In this document: piece after piece, positions 27,005-35,811 of the stretch
Numbering within the stretch: position 1 is the first letter of the stretch
Layout of the letters: each line of letters opens with the position of its first letter
Assembly (NCBI GenBank): GCA_041687575.1
Contig: JAWLBS010000001.1
Span: 2,700-66,699 of the forward strand
Reading direction: 5' to 3'
Source: Phycisphaerae bacterium
GTDB lineage: Bacteria; Planctomycetota; Phycisphaerae; UBA1845; JANYLN01
Length of the DNA stretch: 64,000 bases
Translations under genes and position numbers: made by a program
Notes under the pieces: generated by a model
Told to the model about the DNA's origin: nothing
Database searches by the model: none
What the model saw: the letters and a program-made list of their open reading frames with translations, nothing else

Positions 27005-30000
27005 ATGTCAAACGGATTCGTACATCTTCATAACCACAGTCATTTCAGCCTCTTGGATGGCGCCACCCGCATCGATCAGCTGGTCGGTACGGCCAGGGAC
27101 ATGGGCATGCCCGCCGTGGCCCTGACCGACCACGGCAACATGTTCGGCGTGATCGAGTTCTACGAGACGGCCGTCAAGGCCGGCATCAAGCCGATCCTGG
27201 GCTTCGAGGCCTATATCGCCCCGACCCACCGGACCGACCGCTCGACAAAGAGGAGTGGCGAGGCCGCATACCACATCCTGCTGCTCGCCCAGAACCTCCA
27301 GGGTTATCGGAACCTGCTGCGGCTTTCCAGCATTGCCTACCTCGAAGGCTTTTACTACAAGCCGCGTATCGATAAACAGATCCTCGCCGAGCTCAACGAG
27401 GGAATCATCTGTGCCACCGCCTGCCTGGCTGGCGAGGTGCCGCAGATGCTCCTGCAGGGTGACGAGGCCGGGGCCATGCGGGCCGTCGACGACCTGGCAA
27501 AGATTTTCGGACCCGAGCGGCTCTTTCTCGAGCTGCAGGACCATGGCCTCACCGAGCAGAAGCAGACCAACCCGATCCTGGCCGACATCGCCGCCCGCAA
27601 GGGGCTCGGCCTGATCGCGACCAACGATATCCACTATCTCCGCCACGACGACGCCGAGGCGCAGGACATCCTGCTGTGCATCTCGACCGGCAAGCAGTTC
27701 GACGATCCGCAGCGGATGCGGTTCGGCTCGGACCAGTTCTATCTGAAAACCCCGCAGGAGATGCGGGACCTGTTCGCCGAGTATCCCGAGGCGTGCGACA
27801 ACACGCTGCGGGTCGCCGAGATGTGCAACTGCGAGCTGGAGTTCAAGCGCGAGACCCCCGTCTTCAAGTGCCCCGACAACAAGACCGACAAGGACTATCT
27901 TCGCGAGTTGGTCTACGACGGGGCGAAGATGCGCTACGGCGATCTCACCGATGAGATCCGCGAGCGGATCGACTACGAGCTCCAGGTCATCCAGAGCAAG
28001 GGCTTTTCCAGCTACTTCCTGATCGTCCACGACTTCATGAACTGGTGCCGCGAGCGGGACATTCCCTGCGGGGCGAGAGGCTCCGGCTGCTCGTCGGTCG
28101 TGGGCTACTGCCTGCGGATCGGCGAGGCCGACCCGCTGCGGTACGGGCTCTACTTCGAACGGTTCATGGACCCCGACCGCGACGAGATGCCCGATATCGA
28201 CGTGGACATCTGCCAGGACGGCCGGCAGGCAGTGATCGACTTCGTGCGCCAGAAGTACGGCCACGTCGCCCAGATCATCACCTTCGGGACGCTCAAGGCC
28301 CGTGCCGCCATCCGCGACATCTGCCGGGTGCTCGGCGTATCGCTGCTGGATGCCGACCGGATCGCCAAGCTCGTGCCCGAAGTGCTCAAGATGACGATCG
28401 ACAAGGCCCTGGCGAGCGAGCCGGACTTAAAGGCCGAGTACGATTCGAACCCGCAGGTCCGCAAGGTCCTCGACGTCGCTCGCAAGCTCGAGGGCCTGTC
28501 GCGGCACGCGTCGGTGCACGCAGCCGGTGTGGTCATCGCCGACAAGCCGCTGGACAACTTCCTGCCGCTGTACAAGGCCAGCGACAGCGACCACATCATC
28601 ACGCAGCTGCAGGGTCCGGAAGTCGAGAAGATCGGCCTTTTGAAGATGGATTTTCTCGGGCTGCGGACGCTGACGGTCCTGGAGCGGGCCCGCCAGTGGG
28701 TCAAGCAGCTTCACGGGGTCGACATCGACCTGGAGGCGCTCGACCTGGACGACCAGAAGGTCTACCAGATCTTCGGCCAGGGGCTGACCAAGGGTGTGTT
28801 CCAGTTCGAGTCCGGCGGCATGAAGGACGTGCTGGCCAAGATGAAGCCCAGCCGGATCGAGGACCTGATCGCCGCCAACGCCCTCTACCGCCCGGGCCCG
28901 ATGGTCAACATCGACGCCTACTGCGCCCGCAAGCACGGCGAGAAGTGGACCACCCCCCATCCGATCATGACGCAGGTGCTGGAAGAGACCTATGGCATCA
29001 TGGTCTACCAGGAGCAGGTCTCGCGGCTGGTGAACCTGCTTGGCGGGGTCGAGCTCAAGCGGGCCTTCCGCCTGGCCAAGGCGATCAGCAAGAAGAAGAC
29101 CGCGATGATCGAGGCCGAGAAGGAGCCCTTCGTCGCCGGCGCGATGGAGCGGGGCCTTCAGCGCAAGGTCGTCGAGGAGATCTTCGACGAGATCCTCCGC
29201 TTCGGCGGCTACGCCTTCAACAAGAGCCACTCGGCCCGCTATGCGGTGGTCGCCTTCCAGACGGCCTACATGAAGGCCTACTACCCGACGGAGTTCATGG
29301 CGGCCCTGCTGACCTATGAGAGCGGGCAGCTCGCCAAGGTCGGCGAGTACGTCGAGGAGTGCCGGCGGATGGGCATCGCCGTCAATCCCCCGGACGTCAA
29401 CAAGTCGGCCATCGACTTTACGCCCGTGCCCGCCAAGAAGGGGCCCGGGCAGATCCTCTTCGGCCTGTCGGCGATCAAGGGTGTCGGCGAAAAGGCCGTG
29501 CTCGACATCCTGCGGGCGCGCAACGAGGGCGGGCCGTTCACCAGCATTTTTGATTTCTGCGAACGGGTCGATTTCAGCCAGGTCAACCGCGGTGTGATCG
29601 AGGCCCTGATCAAGGCCGGCGCCTTTGACGACACCGGCGCGATGCGCCGCGCCCTGTGCGAGGTGCTCGACAAGGCGATCGAGATCGGCCAGGGCGCCCA
29701 GCGCGACCGCAGCTCCGGCCAGCTCTCGCTGCTGGACGGGTTCGACTCGGGCGAGCCGGAAAAGCGGGTCGAGCCGGCGATCCCGGCCAGCGAGTGGTCC
29801 GAGTCCGAGATGCTCAAGCACGAGAAGGACGTGCTGGGCATCTACGTGACCAAGCATCCGCTCGCCCAGTGCAACGACGAGATGGAGCGCTACAGCACCG
29901 CCTTCACCACCGATCTTATAAATTATCAGGACGGGGCGGAGGTCGTCCTCGGCGTGATCATCACCGGCATGCGGACCGTGATCACCAAGCAGGGGCGCAA

Positions 30001-30553
30001 CGCCGGCAGCAAGATGGGCATCCTCAAGATCGAGGACCTCGAAGGGCAGATCGAGGCGATCGTCTTTCCCGACCAGCTCCGCGAGCACGCCACCGACCTG
30101 GCGCAGGACAGCATCGTCTTTTTGAAAGGCAAGGTCGACCGCAAGCGCGAAGAGCCCAGCCTGCGGGTGCACGAGGTGATCCCCTTCAAGGACCGCTTCA
30201 GCCAGCTGGCGCCCGACGTGCGGATCCGCGTCAACTGCGTCGCCCTGGGCGACGGGATCATGGACGAGCTGCAGAAGATGCTCGCCAACAGCTATGGCGA
30301 CAAGCCGCTGCTGATGGACATCGTCACCTCCGACGGGCTGGTCGCCACGGTTCGCTCGGGCAACCGCTGCGGCATCTCGCCGACCGACGAGCTGATGAGC
30401 CGCCTCAAGACCCTCTTCGGCGACGAGGCGGTCACGACCTCGCCCTTGCGCCGCAACCGCCGCCGGGGCGGCAACGGCTACGCCAACGGCACCAACGGTT
30501 ACGCCGCCTCCGACGACGGCGGTGTCGCGGTCCTGGATGACGACGAGGACTAA
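27005..30553 (+). CDS. dnaE: DNA polymerase III alpha subunit
   Basis: PHP domain FVHLHNHSHFSLLDG. About 1180 aa with typical DnaE palm/fingers blocks (DFLGLRTLT, ALYRPGP, FNKSHSARYA) and an OB-fold tail. Confidence 0.95.
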   Translation: MSNGFVHLHNHSHFSLLDGATRIDQLVGTARDMGMPAVALTDHGNMFGVIEFYETAVKAGIKPILGFEAYIAPTHRTDRSTKRSGEAAYHILLLAQNLQGYRNLLRLSSIAYLEGFYYKPRIDKQILAELNEGIICATACLAGEVPQMLLQGDEAGAMRAVDDLAKIFGPERLFLELQDHGLTEQKQTNPILADIAARKGLGLIATNDIHYLRHDDAEAQDILLCISTGKQFDDPQRMRFGSDQFYLKTPQEMRDLFAEYPEACDNTLRVAEMCNCELEFKRETPVFKCPDNKTDKDYLRELVYDGAKMRYGDLTDEIRERIDYELQVIQSKGFSSYFLIVHDFMNWCRERDIPCGARGSGCSSVVGYCLRIGEADPLRYGLYFERFMDPDRDEMPDIDVDICQDGRQAVIDFVRQKYGHVAQIITFGTLKARAAIRDICRVLGVSLLDADRIAKLVPEVLKMTIDKALASEPDLKAEYDSNPQVRKVLDVARKLEGLSRHASVHAAGVVIADKPLDNFLPLYKASDSDHIITQLQGPEVEKIGLLKMDFLGLRTLTVLERARQWVKQLHGVDIDLEALDLDDQKVYQIFGQGLTKGVFQFESGGMKDVLAKMKPSRIEDLIAANALYRPGPMVNIDAYCARKHGEKWTTPHPIMTQVLEETYGIMVYQEQVSRLVNLLGGVELKRAFRLAKAISKKKTAMIEAEKEPFVAGAMERGLQRKVVEEIFDEILRFGGYAFNKSHSARYAVVAFQTAYMKAYYPTEFMAALLTYESGQLAKVGEYVEECRRMGIAVNPPDVNKSAIDFTPVPAKKGPGQILFGLSAIKGVGEKAVLDILRARNEGGPFTSIFDFCERVDFSQVNRGVIEALIKAGAFDDTGAMRRALCEVLDKAIEIGQGAQRDRSSGQLSLLDGFDSGEPEKRVEPAIPASEWSESEMLKHEKDVLGIYVTKHPLAQCNDEMERYSTAFTTDLINYQDGAEVVLGVIITGMRTVITKQGRNAGSKMGILKIEDLEGQIEAIVFPDQLREHATDLAQDSIVFLKGKVDRKREEPSLRVHEVIPFKDRFSQLAPDVRIRVNCVALGDGIMDELQKMLANSYGDKPLLMDIVTSDGLVATVRSGNRCGISPTDELMSRLKTLFGDEAVTTSPLRRNRRRGGNGYANGTNGYAASDDGGVAVLDDDED

Positions 30554-31246
30554 CAGAAGTCTGCCATGTCATCGCCGTGTAGGGCGGGCTGCGCCCGCCA
30601 GCCAATGCCGTTGGCAACAAGGCCCTGCAAGGGCCGGATAAGTAAGCCCAGGGGCAAGGCGGCGAAGCCGCCGCGAACCTGGGTGAGCGAGCCGAGTCTT
30701 TGGGAGCCCTGTAAGGGCGACATAACCGCGGGGCCACGTGTGAGATCGTATCGGCCGTGGTCGCGGCGGGGCCGGCTGCCCCCGGATCGATTATCGGGTC
30801 CCTTACAGGTCCCCGGAAAGACAAAGAGGATGGGTGATCGTGCCGCCCGCCGACCCAGGTTCGCGGCCAGTCCCGGCCGCGGGCCGGGACTGGCCTTGCC
30901 CCTGGGCTTACGTGTTTTGGCCCTTGCAGGGCCGGGGATGGCGACGACGGGATCGTCGGCAGCGACCTCGGGTGTGCGATCTGGGCTATTGCCGTAGGCA
31001 TTGTCGTTGTCGTTGTCACAGACCCTGCAGGGCCGAGGAGCCGGTTGACATCGATCGGTCGCTCCGGAAGATGGCGGACAGTCCTGTTCCGGACAGGGAG
31101 AGCGGCCGTTGCCTTTCGACGGTTGCTTTCGTTGGCCCTGCAAGGGCCGGATAGGTAAGCGCAGCCGCCGCGAACCCGGGTCAAAAGGTCTTTTGCCGCG
31201 CCGGCCCTGAAGGGGCCGCAGAACCGCGAAAGCCGGCGAGAGCATG
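30554..31246. repeat. intergenic repeat mosaic, first part of a 1.44-kb non-coding gap
   Basis: REP GTAGGGCGGGCTGCGCCCGCC at 30579-30599. A GGCCCTGCAAGGGCCGGATAAGTAAGC...GCCGCCGCGAACC unit at 30621-30683 and 31134-31180 (direct) and at 30892-30933 (inverted). Further GGxCCCTxxAGGGxCC palindromes. Confidence 0.7.
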
Positions 31247-31435
31247 TCACCGGGTACGGATCTCACGTGGACCCTGCATGATTTCATGCAGGGCGATCCC
31301 CACGGCCACCCCGAGGTTGAGCGAATCCACGCTCTGCCGATGCCGAATGCTTACGGTCGAGCACCCGCCATCCGCGCGGATCACCCGTGGCGGACAGTTG
31401 GATCCACCGGGCCATGCCCCAATCGTGGTGAAGAG
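31247..31435 (-). pseudogene. possible remnant of a SpoU/TrmH-family RNA methyltransferase C-terminus
   Basis: The minus-strand frame reads ...ADGGCSTVSIRHRQSVDSLNLGVAVGIALHEIMQG*, resembling SPOUT motif 3 (IPMxGxxxSLNVSVAxGIxLYE). An adjacent frame reads LGHGPVDPTVRHG*, which would suit the preceding LGxExxG block, implying a frameshift. No intact N-terminal part is present. Confidence 0.35.
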
Positions 31436-31499
31436 TTACATCATCATGTCGGCAAAGCCTCCTCGAACGAGGCGGCAAAGGTCAGTACATCCCTGTGTA

Positions 31500-31998
31500 A
31501 CACGCATGATAGATGTTGCCTGGGTGTCGTGTCAATGGGACGGGGGTGAAAGCCTTTGGATCGTGGCGCCGAACACACCGCTTTCAATCAAGCTGCCATC
31601 GGTGTCCCGCTCACGAATCGATAGGGATCGCTGGTGGCGACTATGGAGTGCGGCGCCGAAGACGCCGCTTTGCCTTCCGCACGGGCTCCAAAGGCGCGCA
31701 ATGTCAACAAGCGGCGTGCGGCACCGAACACACCGCTTTGAATCACGCGTGACGCAGGAGCGAGGTTCAGGAAGCCGGCGCCATGCTCAGCCGAGGGACT
31801 ACCGCGACCTCGCGGTCGCGGCTCTTTCCCTTGCTTACGCCCTGTCCGCAGGATGTGGACATCTCTCGCATCCGGACGACTCCCTCGCTTACGCTTCGGG
31901 CTCCTTCCCGCTCGTCTGTGGGTGCGCTGCTCATGGTGTGGATTCCGTGGCCGCCGGCGCGGCCCGCCCTGCATGGTGGCGTCTGCACCGGCACGCCG
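31500..31998. repeat. intergenic repeat mosaic, second part of the 1.44-kb gap
   Basis: Three inverted copies of the GCGGCG-hairpin unit (31563-31593, 31648-31674, 31716-31748). A composite of about 150 nt at 31803-31952 recurs at 35455-35596. Confidence 0.7.
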
Positions 31999-33489
31999 CT
32001 ACTTCGGTCGCGTCGCCTGCTCCATGTCCAGCCCGGTGTTGTAGTCGAGCTGCCGCGGCTCGTACTCCTCGTTCTCACGCTGGCGGGTCATGCCGGTGTA
32101 GTCCCAGGTCGCCGGCCGCGCGTCGCGCCGCCAGGGGCGCCGCTCCCAGTAGTAGCCGCGGAACGGGTCACGCGTCCGGTTCATCCACTCCAGTATTTTG
32201 TCATGCAGGCCGTCGCGTACCGACCGGCACTCGGGGGCGTCGATCCGGTTGGTCATCTCGGCCGGGTCGCTCGCCAGGTCGTACAGCTCGTCGCCGGCCA
32301 GCAGGTTGATCGAGAGCTTGTACCGCCCGTCCATCGCGCAGCGCAGCGGCTGGAAACCCCCGAACCCGTCGTGGTCGATCTCGTAGCGGTTGAATTCCAT
32401 GAAAATGGTATCGTTCACCCTGGCGTCCGGGTCGGCGAAGGCGGGCAGCATGCTCCGCCCCTCGAGGATCTTCGGGATTGCCAGCCCGAACGACTCCAGG
32501 ATCGACGGCACCACGTCGATGTGCGAGGCGACATGCGGGTTAACCGTCCCGGCCGGCGTGCGCCCGGGCCAGCGGACGATCAGCGGGATCCGCGCGATCT
32601 CGTCGAAGACCGCCGGCCCCTTGCCCCCGATCCGGTGCGAGCCCAGGGCATCGCCGTGGTCGGAGGTGTACAGCACCATCGCATCGGGGCAGTGCTTGTC
32701 GATCGCGTCGAGCACCCGGCCGATCTGGTGGTCGACGAAGGTGTTGCAGCCGAAGAATTCCGGCCGGCGGATCCGCGTGCCCTGCGTGTCCCTCTGCAGG
32801 TTGCCGCCCGCCCAGGCCCGCAGGTGTTCGGGCTTGTCCTCCAGCGAGTCGTGCACGTTCGGCGAGACGGGGAACTCGTAGTCGGCGTACATGTCGTAGT
32901 ACTGCTTCGGGCACAAAAACGGCCCGTGCGGCTCGTCGTAGGAGAGCACCAGCAGGAAGTCTTCGTGCCGGTAACGGTTCAAAAAGTCGATCGCCCGGTC
33001 GCTGCAGCGATGCCCGTATGTGAACGCCTCGGGCACGTCCTCCTGAATCGTCGAAACCTTGCGGCTGCGGACCCGCTCGGCCGGCGAGAGCTCCTCGAGG
33101 TAGCGCCGCATGTCGTACCAGTACGCGTCGTCCCAGCCGTCGGGGCACCGCCCCAGCCCGAAGTAGTCCCCGCCGTCGAGGTGCCACTTGCCGATGTATC
33201 CAGTCCGCACGCCGCTGTCGCGCAGCCGCTGCCCGACCGTCTTGACGTTCTCGCCCAGGGGCATGCTGTTGCCCCACGAACCGTTGGAATGCGGCCACGT
33301 CCCTGTAAACAGCGCCGCCCGCGCCGGCCCGCACACCGGCTGGCATGTGTAGGCCCGCTCGAACCGCATCCCCTCGCCCGCCAGGCGGTCGAGGTTCGGC
33401 GTTTGCAGCCCCGTCCGGCGATAGCAGTTGATCATGTCCCAGCGCTGCGTATCCGTCATGACCAATACGACTTGCCTGCGGTCCGGCAC
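31999..33489 (-). CDS. sulfatase (formylglycine-dependent arylsulfatase family)
   Basis: VLVMTDTQRWD and the active-site context CQPVCGPARAALFTG (C-x-P-x-R). 496 aa. Confidence 0.85.
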   Translation of the reverse strand: MPDRRQVVLVMTDTQRWDMINCYRRTGLQTPNLDRLAGEGMRFERAYTCQPVCGPARAALFTGTWPHSNGSWGNSMPLGENVKTVGQRLRDSGVRTGYIGKWHLDGGDYFGLGRCPDGWDDAYWYDMRRYLEELSPAERVRSRKVSTIQEDVPEAFTYGHRCSDRAIDFLNRYRHEDFLLVLSYDEPHGPFLCPKQYYDMYADYEFPVSPNVHDSLEDKPEHLRAWAGGNLQRDTQGTRIRRPEFFGCNTFVDHQIGRVLDAIDKHCPDAMVLYTSDHGDALGSHRIGGKGPAVFDEIARIPLIVRWPGRTPAGTVNPHVASHIDVVPSILESFGLAIPKILEGRSMLPAFADPDARVNDTIFMEFNRYEIDHDGFGGFQPLRCAMDGRYKLSINLLAGDELYDLASDPAEMTNRIDAPECRSVRDGLHDKILEWMNRTRDPFRGYYWERRPWRRDARPATWDYTGMTRQRENEEYEPRQLDYNTGLDMEQATRPK

Positions 33490-33661
33490 GGTAATGCTCC
33501 TGTCGGTTGCACGCTGACGCGCTTGCGGTCCCTGATGTACGTGTCAGGCTTGCGGCGGCGCGACATCCTCTGACAGGCTGGATTCTACCACATTCCGCGC
33601 GCGGGGCACCACCGGCCGGCGCGACGGGTGGACGGGTCGCGCAGCTGACGGCAACATCAGG

Positions 33662-33773
33662 TTTGTACGATGGTTACGGGAGAGAGGGCGGCTCGGCCGA
33701 GGGCGTGCAGGAATGCAGAACGGGTGGAAAAGAACGACTGATGACTGATGAAGATCTGACCCCCCGTCTTTGC
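33662..33773 (+). repeat. direct repeat, copy 1 (about 94% identical to 35143-35253)
   Basis: TTTGTACGATGGTTACGGGAGAGAGGGCGGCTCGGCCGAGGGCGTGCAGGAATGCAGAACGGGTGGAAAAGAACGACTGATGACTGATGAAGATCTGACCCCCCGTCTTTGC. Confidence 0.85.
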
Positions 33774-33817
33774 GGTGACTCCCCATCTTTTTTTTGGATT
33801 TCATATCCTTTTTGCGC

Positions 33818-33849
33818 TTGTACCCCCCCCCCCCCCCACTTGGTATAAT
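33818..33849 (+). promoter_or_regulatory. extended -10 promoter with a C15 homopolymer in the spacer
   Basis: TTGTAC (33818-33823), C15 (33823-37), ACT, TGgTATAAT (33841-33849). T8 run and AT-rich stretch upstream (33788-33817). Confidence 0.55.
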
Positions 33850-34035
33850 TACCGTGTCTCATCGCGATCTTGTCGTATACCGCCTCATATTTGCGCGGCC
33901 GCTCCGCCGGTGAGCGGTCGCTTGTGCGCGTGATCCAGGGTTCGGGCTCTGCGCGGGTTGGCCGACGCGAACCCGGACCAGCAGTTCTTCGGCAATGGCA
34001 CGGGGATCCCTCCCCGGGCCGCAAGGAGGTGCATC

Positions 34036-35100
34036 ATGAGATGGAGCAGGACACGGGCAGTCAGATGGATGGCAGCGGTGCTGGGGATCTGGCTGGCGAC
34101 CCCGGCTGTGGCGGTAACGCAGTACACGTACGTGGAATTGCCCTCTCTGGGCGGGGGCAGCCGCGGGCTGGGCCTCAACGATGCCGGCCAGGTTGTGGGG
34201 GAGTCGTGGGCACAGGGGCAGAGCGATTCGCCGGTGCCGGTGATCTGGGACGGCGGGGTGCTCGCCGCGCTGCCGACGGGCAGCCATGCCGGCGGATCAG
34301 CCACCGCGATCAACGGCAACGGGACGATTGCCGGCTACCTGCGGACGGGGGACCAGGCCCCGGTGCCGGTCGTCTGGCGCAACGGGCAGATCGATACGTA
34401 TCTCGGTGCGGTCGGGGGTGTCGACACGGTGCCTGAAGCGATCAACGATAGCGGAGTGGTCGTGGGCACTGCGCAATCGAGCGATCCATACGGGCCCTCA
34501 AATGCCCTGCGCTGGTCGCAAGGGGTGGCCCAAGATCTGGGGAACCTCGACTGGCCTTGGAGCGAGGCTCACGACGTCAACAGCGCCGGACAGATTGTCG
34601 GCTGGGCCAGATACTGGCCCTGGAATCCGGATGCGATGTATCTGCCGTGCCTGTGGGAGAACGGGACGATCCGGCAGCTCGATGTAAGTCCAGCTGTAGA
34701 TGGGTATGGTGGTGGGCAGGCCTGGGCAATCAACGAAGCAGGCCAGATCGTGGGCACCCTCAATGGCGCTGCGGTCTTTTGGGAGAACGGGCAGGCAACG
34801 CTCTTGACGGAGACAGGATTTGGGGCGGTCGCGCGGGACATCAATGACCTGGGGCAGATCGTGGGGGGGATTGGTTCAACAGCCGTCCTTTGGGAAGACG
34901 GCCAGGCCTACGATCTCCACGACCTTCTGGACCCCGCTCAGCCGCTTGCCAGGCAATTCATTGGCGCTATCGCTGTCAATAATGCCGGACAGATCCTCGT
35001 AAATGGCGTCAGTCGCAGCTACCTGCTGACTCCCGTCCCTGAGCCGGGCAGCCTAGCCTTGCTGGGCGCAGCCTGCGTTCTGTGGCGGCGCCGGCAGTGA
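34036..35100 (+). CDS. PEP-CTERM-anchored surface protein with HAF-type repeats
   Basis: AAGGAGG before ATG 34036. Signal peptide. Seven or more repeats of the (I/V)N(D/N/E)xGQ(I/V)VG type (LNDAGQVVGE, INDSGVVVGT, VNSAGQIVGW, INEAGQIVGT, INDLGQIVGG, VNNAGQILV). C-terminal PVPEPGSLALLGAACVLWRRRQ. Confidence 0.8.
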   Translation: MRWSRTRAVRWMAAVLGIWLATPAVAVTQYTYVELPSLGGGSRGLGLNDAGQVVGESWAQGQSDSPVPVIWDGGVLAALPTGSHAGGSATAINGNGTIAGYLRTGDQAPVPVVWRNGQIDTYLGAVGGVDTVPEAINDSGVVVGTAQSSDPYGPSNALRWSQGVAQDLGNLDWPWSEAHDVNSAGQIVGWARYWPWNPDAMYLPCLWENGTIRQLDVSPAVDGYGGGQAWAINEAGQIVGTLNGAAVFWENGQATLLTETGFGAVARDINDLGQIVGGIGSTAVLWEDGQAYDLHDLLDPAQPLARQFIGAIAVNNAGQILVNGVSRSYLLTPVPEPGSLALLGAACVLWRRRQ

Positions 35101-35142
35101 TAGACACGCCCGTCGTGCGCAATCCGCGAGGATATAGTCTGC

Positions 35143-35253
35143 TTTGTGTGATGGTTATGGGCGAGAGGGCGGCTCCGCCGAGGGTGTGCAGGGATGCAGA
35201 ACGGGTGGGAAAGAACGACTGATGACTGATGAAGATCTGACCCCCGTCTTTGC
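35143..35253 (+). repeat. direct repeat, copy 2
   Basis: Six substitutions and one C indel relative to 33662-33773. Begins 43 nt after the PEP-CTERM gene stop. Confidence 0.85.
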
Positions 35254-35740
35254 CGAACATCCTGAGTATGCGTTCTGAGGCACAGGCTCTGGCGGACCTG
35301 AGGGATCCGTGTGCCCTTCCCTCGGTCTGCATCCGAGATTGGACAGGCCCGCGGCAGGCATGACGCCCTGCCGCGGGCCTGCCACCTTCAGAGTCCCAAA
35401 CGGGGCCGCCGGTATGATGCAGGAGGCGGGGCGTGTACTCGTCCGAAGATCTGGTGCGACCTCACGGTCGCGGCTCCTTCCCACAGGATGTGGACGCCAT
35501 ACACCCTCAAAACGACAACGGCACCCTCGCTCACGCTTCGGGCTCCTTCCCGCTTGTCTTTGATCGCAACGCTTATCCGAGGGATTCCATGGTCACAAAC
35601 AGCGTGACCATGGTACCCGGCACCCGCCCACTGACCCCTGACCCCTGCCGTTACGACACCCGACACCCGAAACCCGACACCCGGAAACAGTTGCACACAA
35701 CCTCTGTTATCTGGTACTGTTAAGGCAATCGAAGGACCGA
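35254..35740. repeat. intergenic repeat mosaic
   Basis: Composite at 35455-35596 is homologous to 31803-31952. CTGACCCCTGACCCCTGCC at 35631-35649. (CGACACC)n-like tandem at 35655-35685. Confidence 0.65.
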
Positions 35741-35811
35741 ATCAGTGACGGGGCCGTCGCACGTCCGGGATGTTCACCTTACGCGGCCCCGGGTTTGGCG
35801 AGGCCCTTGCC

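Noticed and set aside
30554-31998. Possibility that the repeat-rich spacers (also 5262-5778, 8269-8760, 40121-40499, 53408-53880) are CRISPR arrays.
   Set aside because: There is no single repeat of constant length recurring at constant period. Modules are heterogeneous, occur in both orientations, and the sequences between them are themselves repeated elsewhere. No cas genes are in the window.
31278-32309. 343-aa plus-strand ORF in the dnaE-sulfatase gap.
   Set aside because: It crosses several repeat modules, has no SD or start context, and its 3' third is antisense to the sulfatase gene. Treated as non-coding.
33674-35484. Small minus-strand ORFs whose C-termini are conserved between the two 110-bp direct repeats (..GVRSSSVISRSFPPVLH.CTPSAEPPS.P).
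   Set aside because: The conservation is explained by the nucleotide repeat itself. The upstream parts of the two ORFs are unrelated. One of them runs antisense across the promoter and start of the PEP-CTERM gene.
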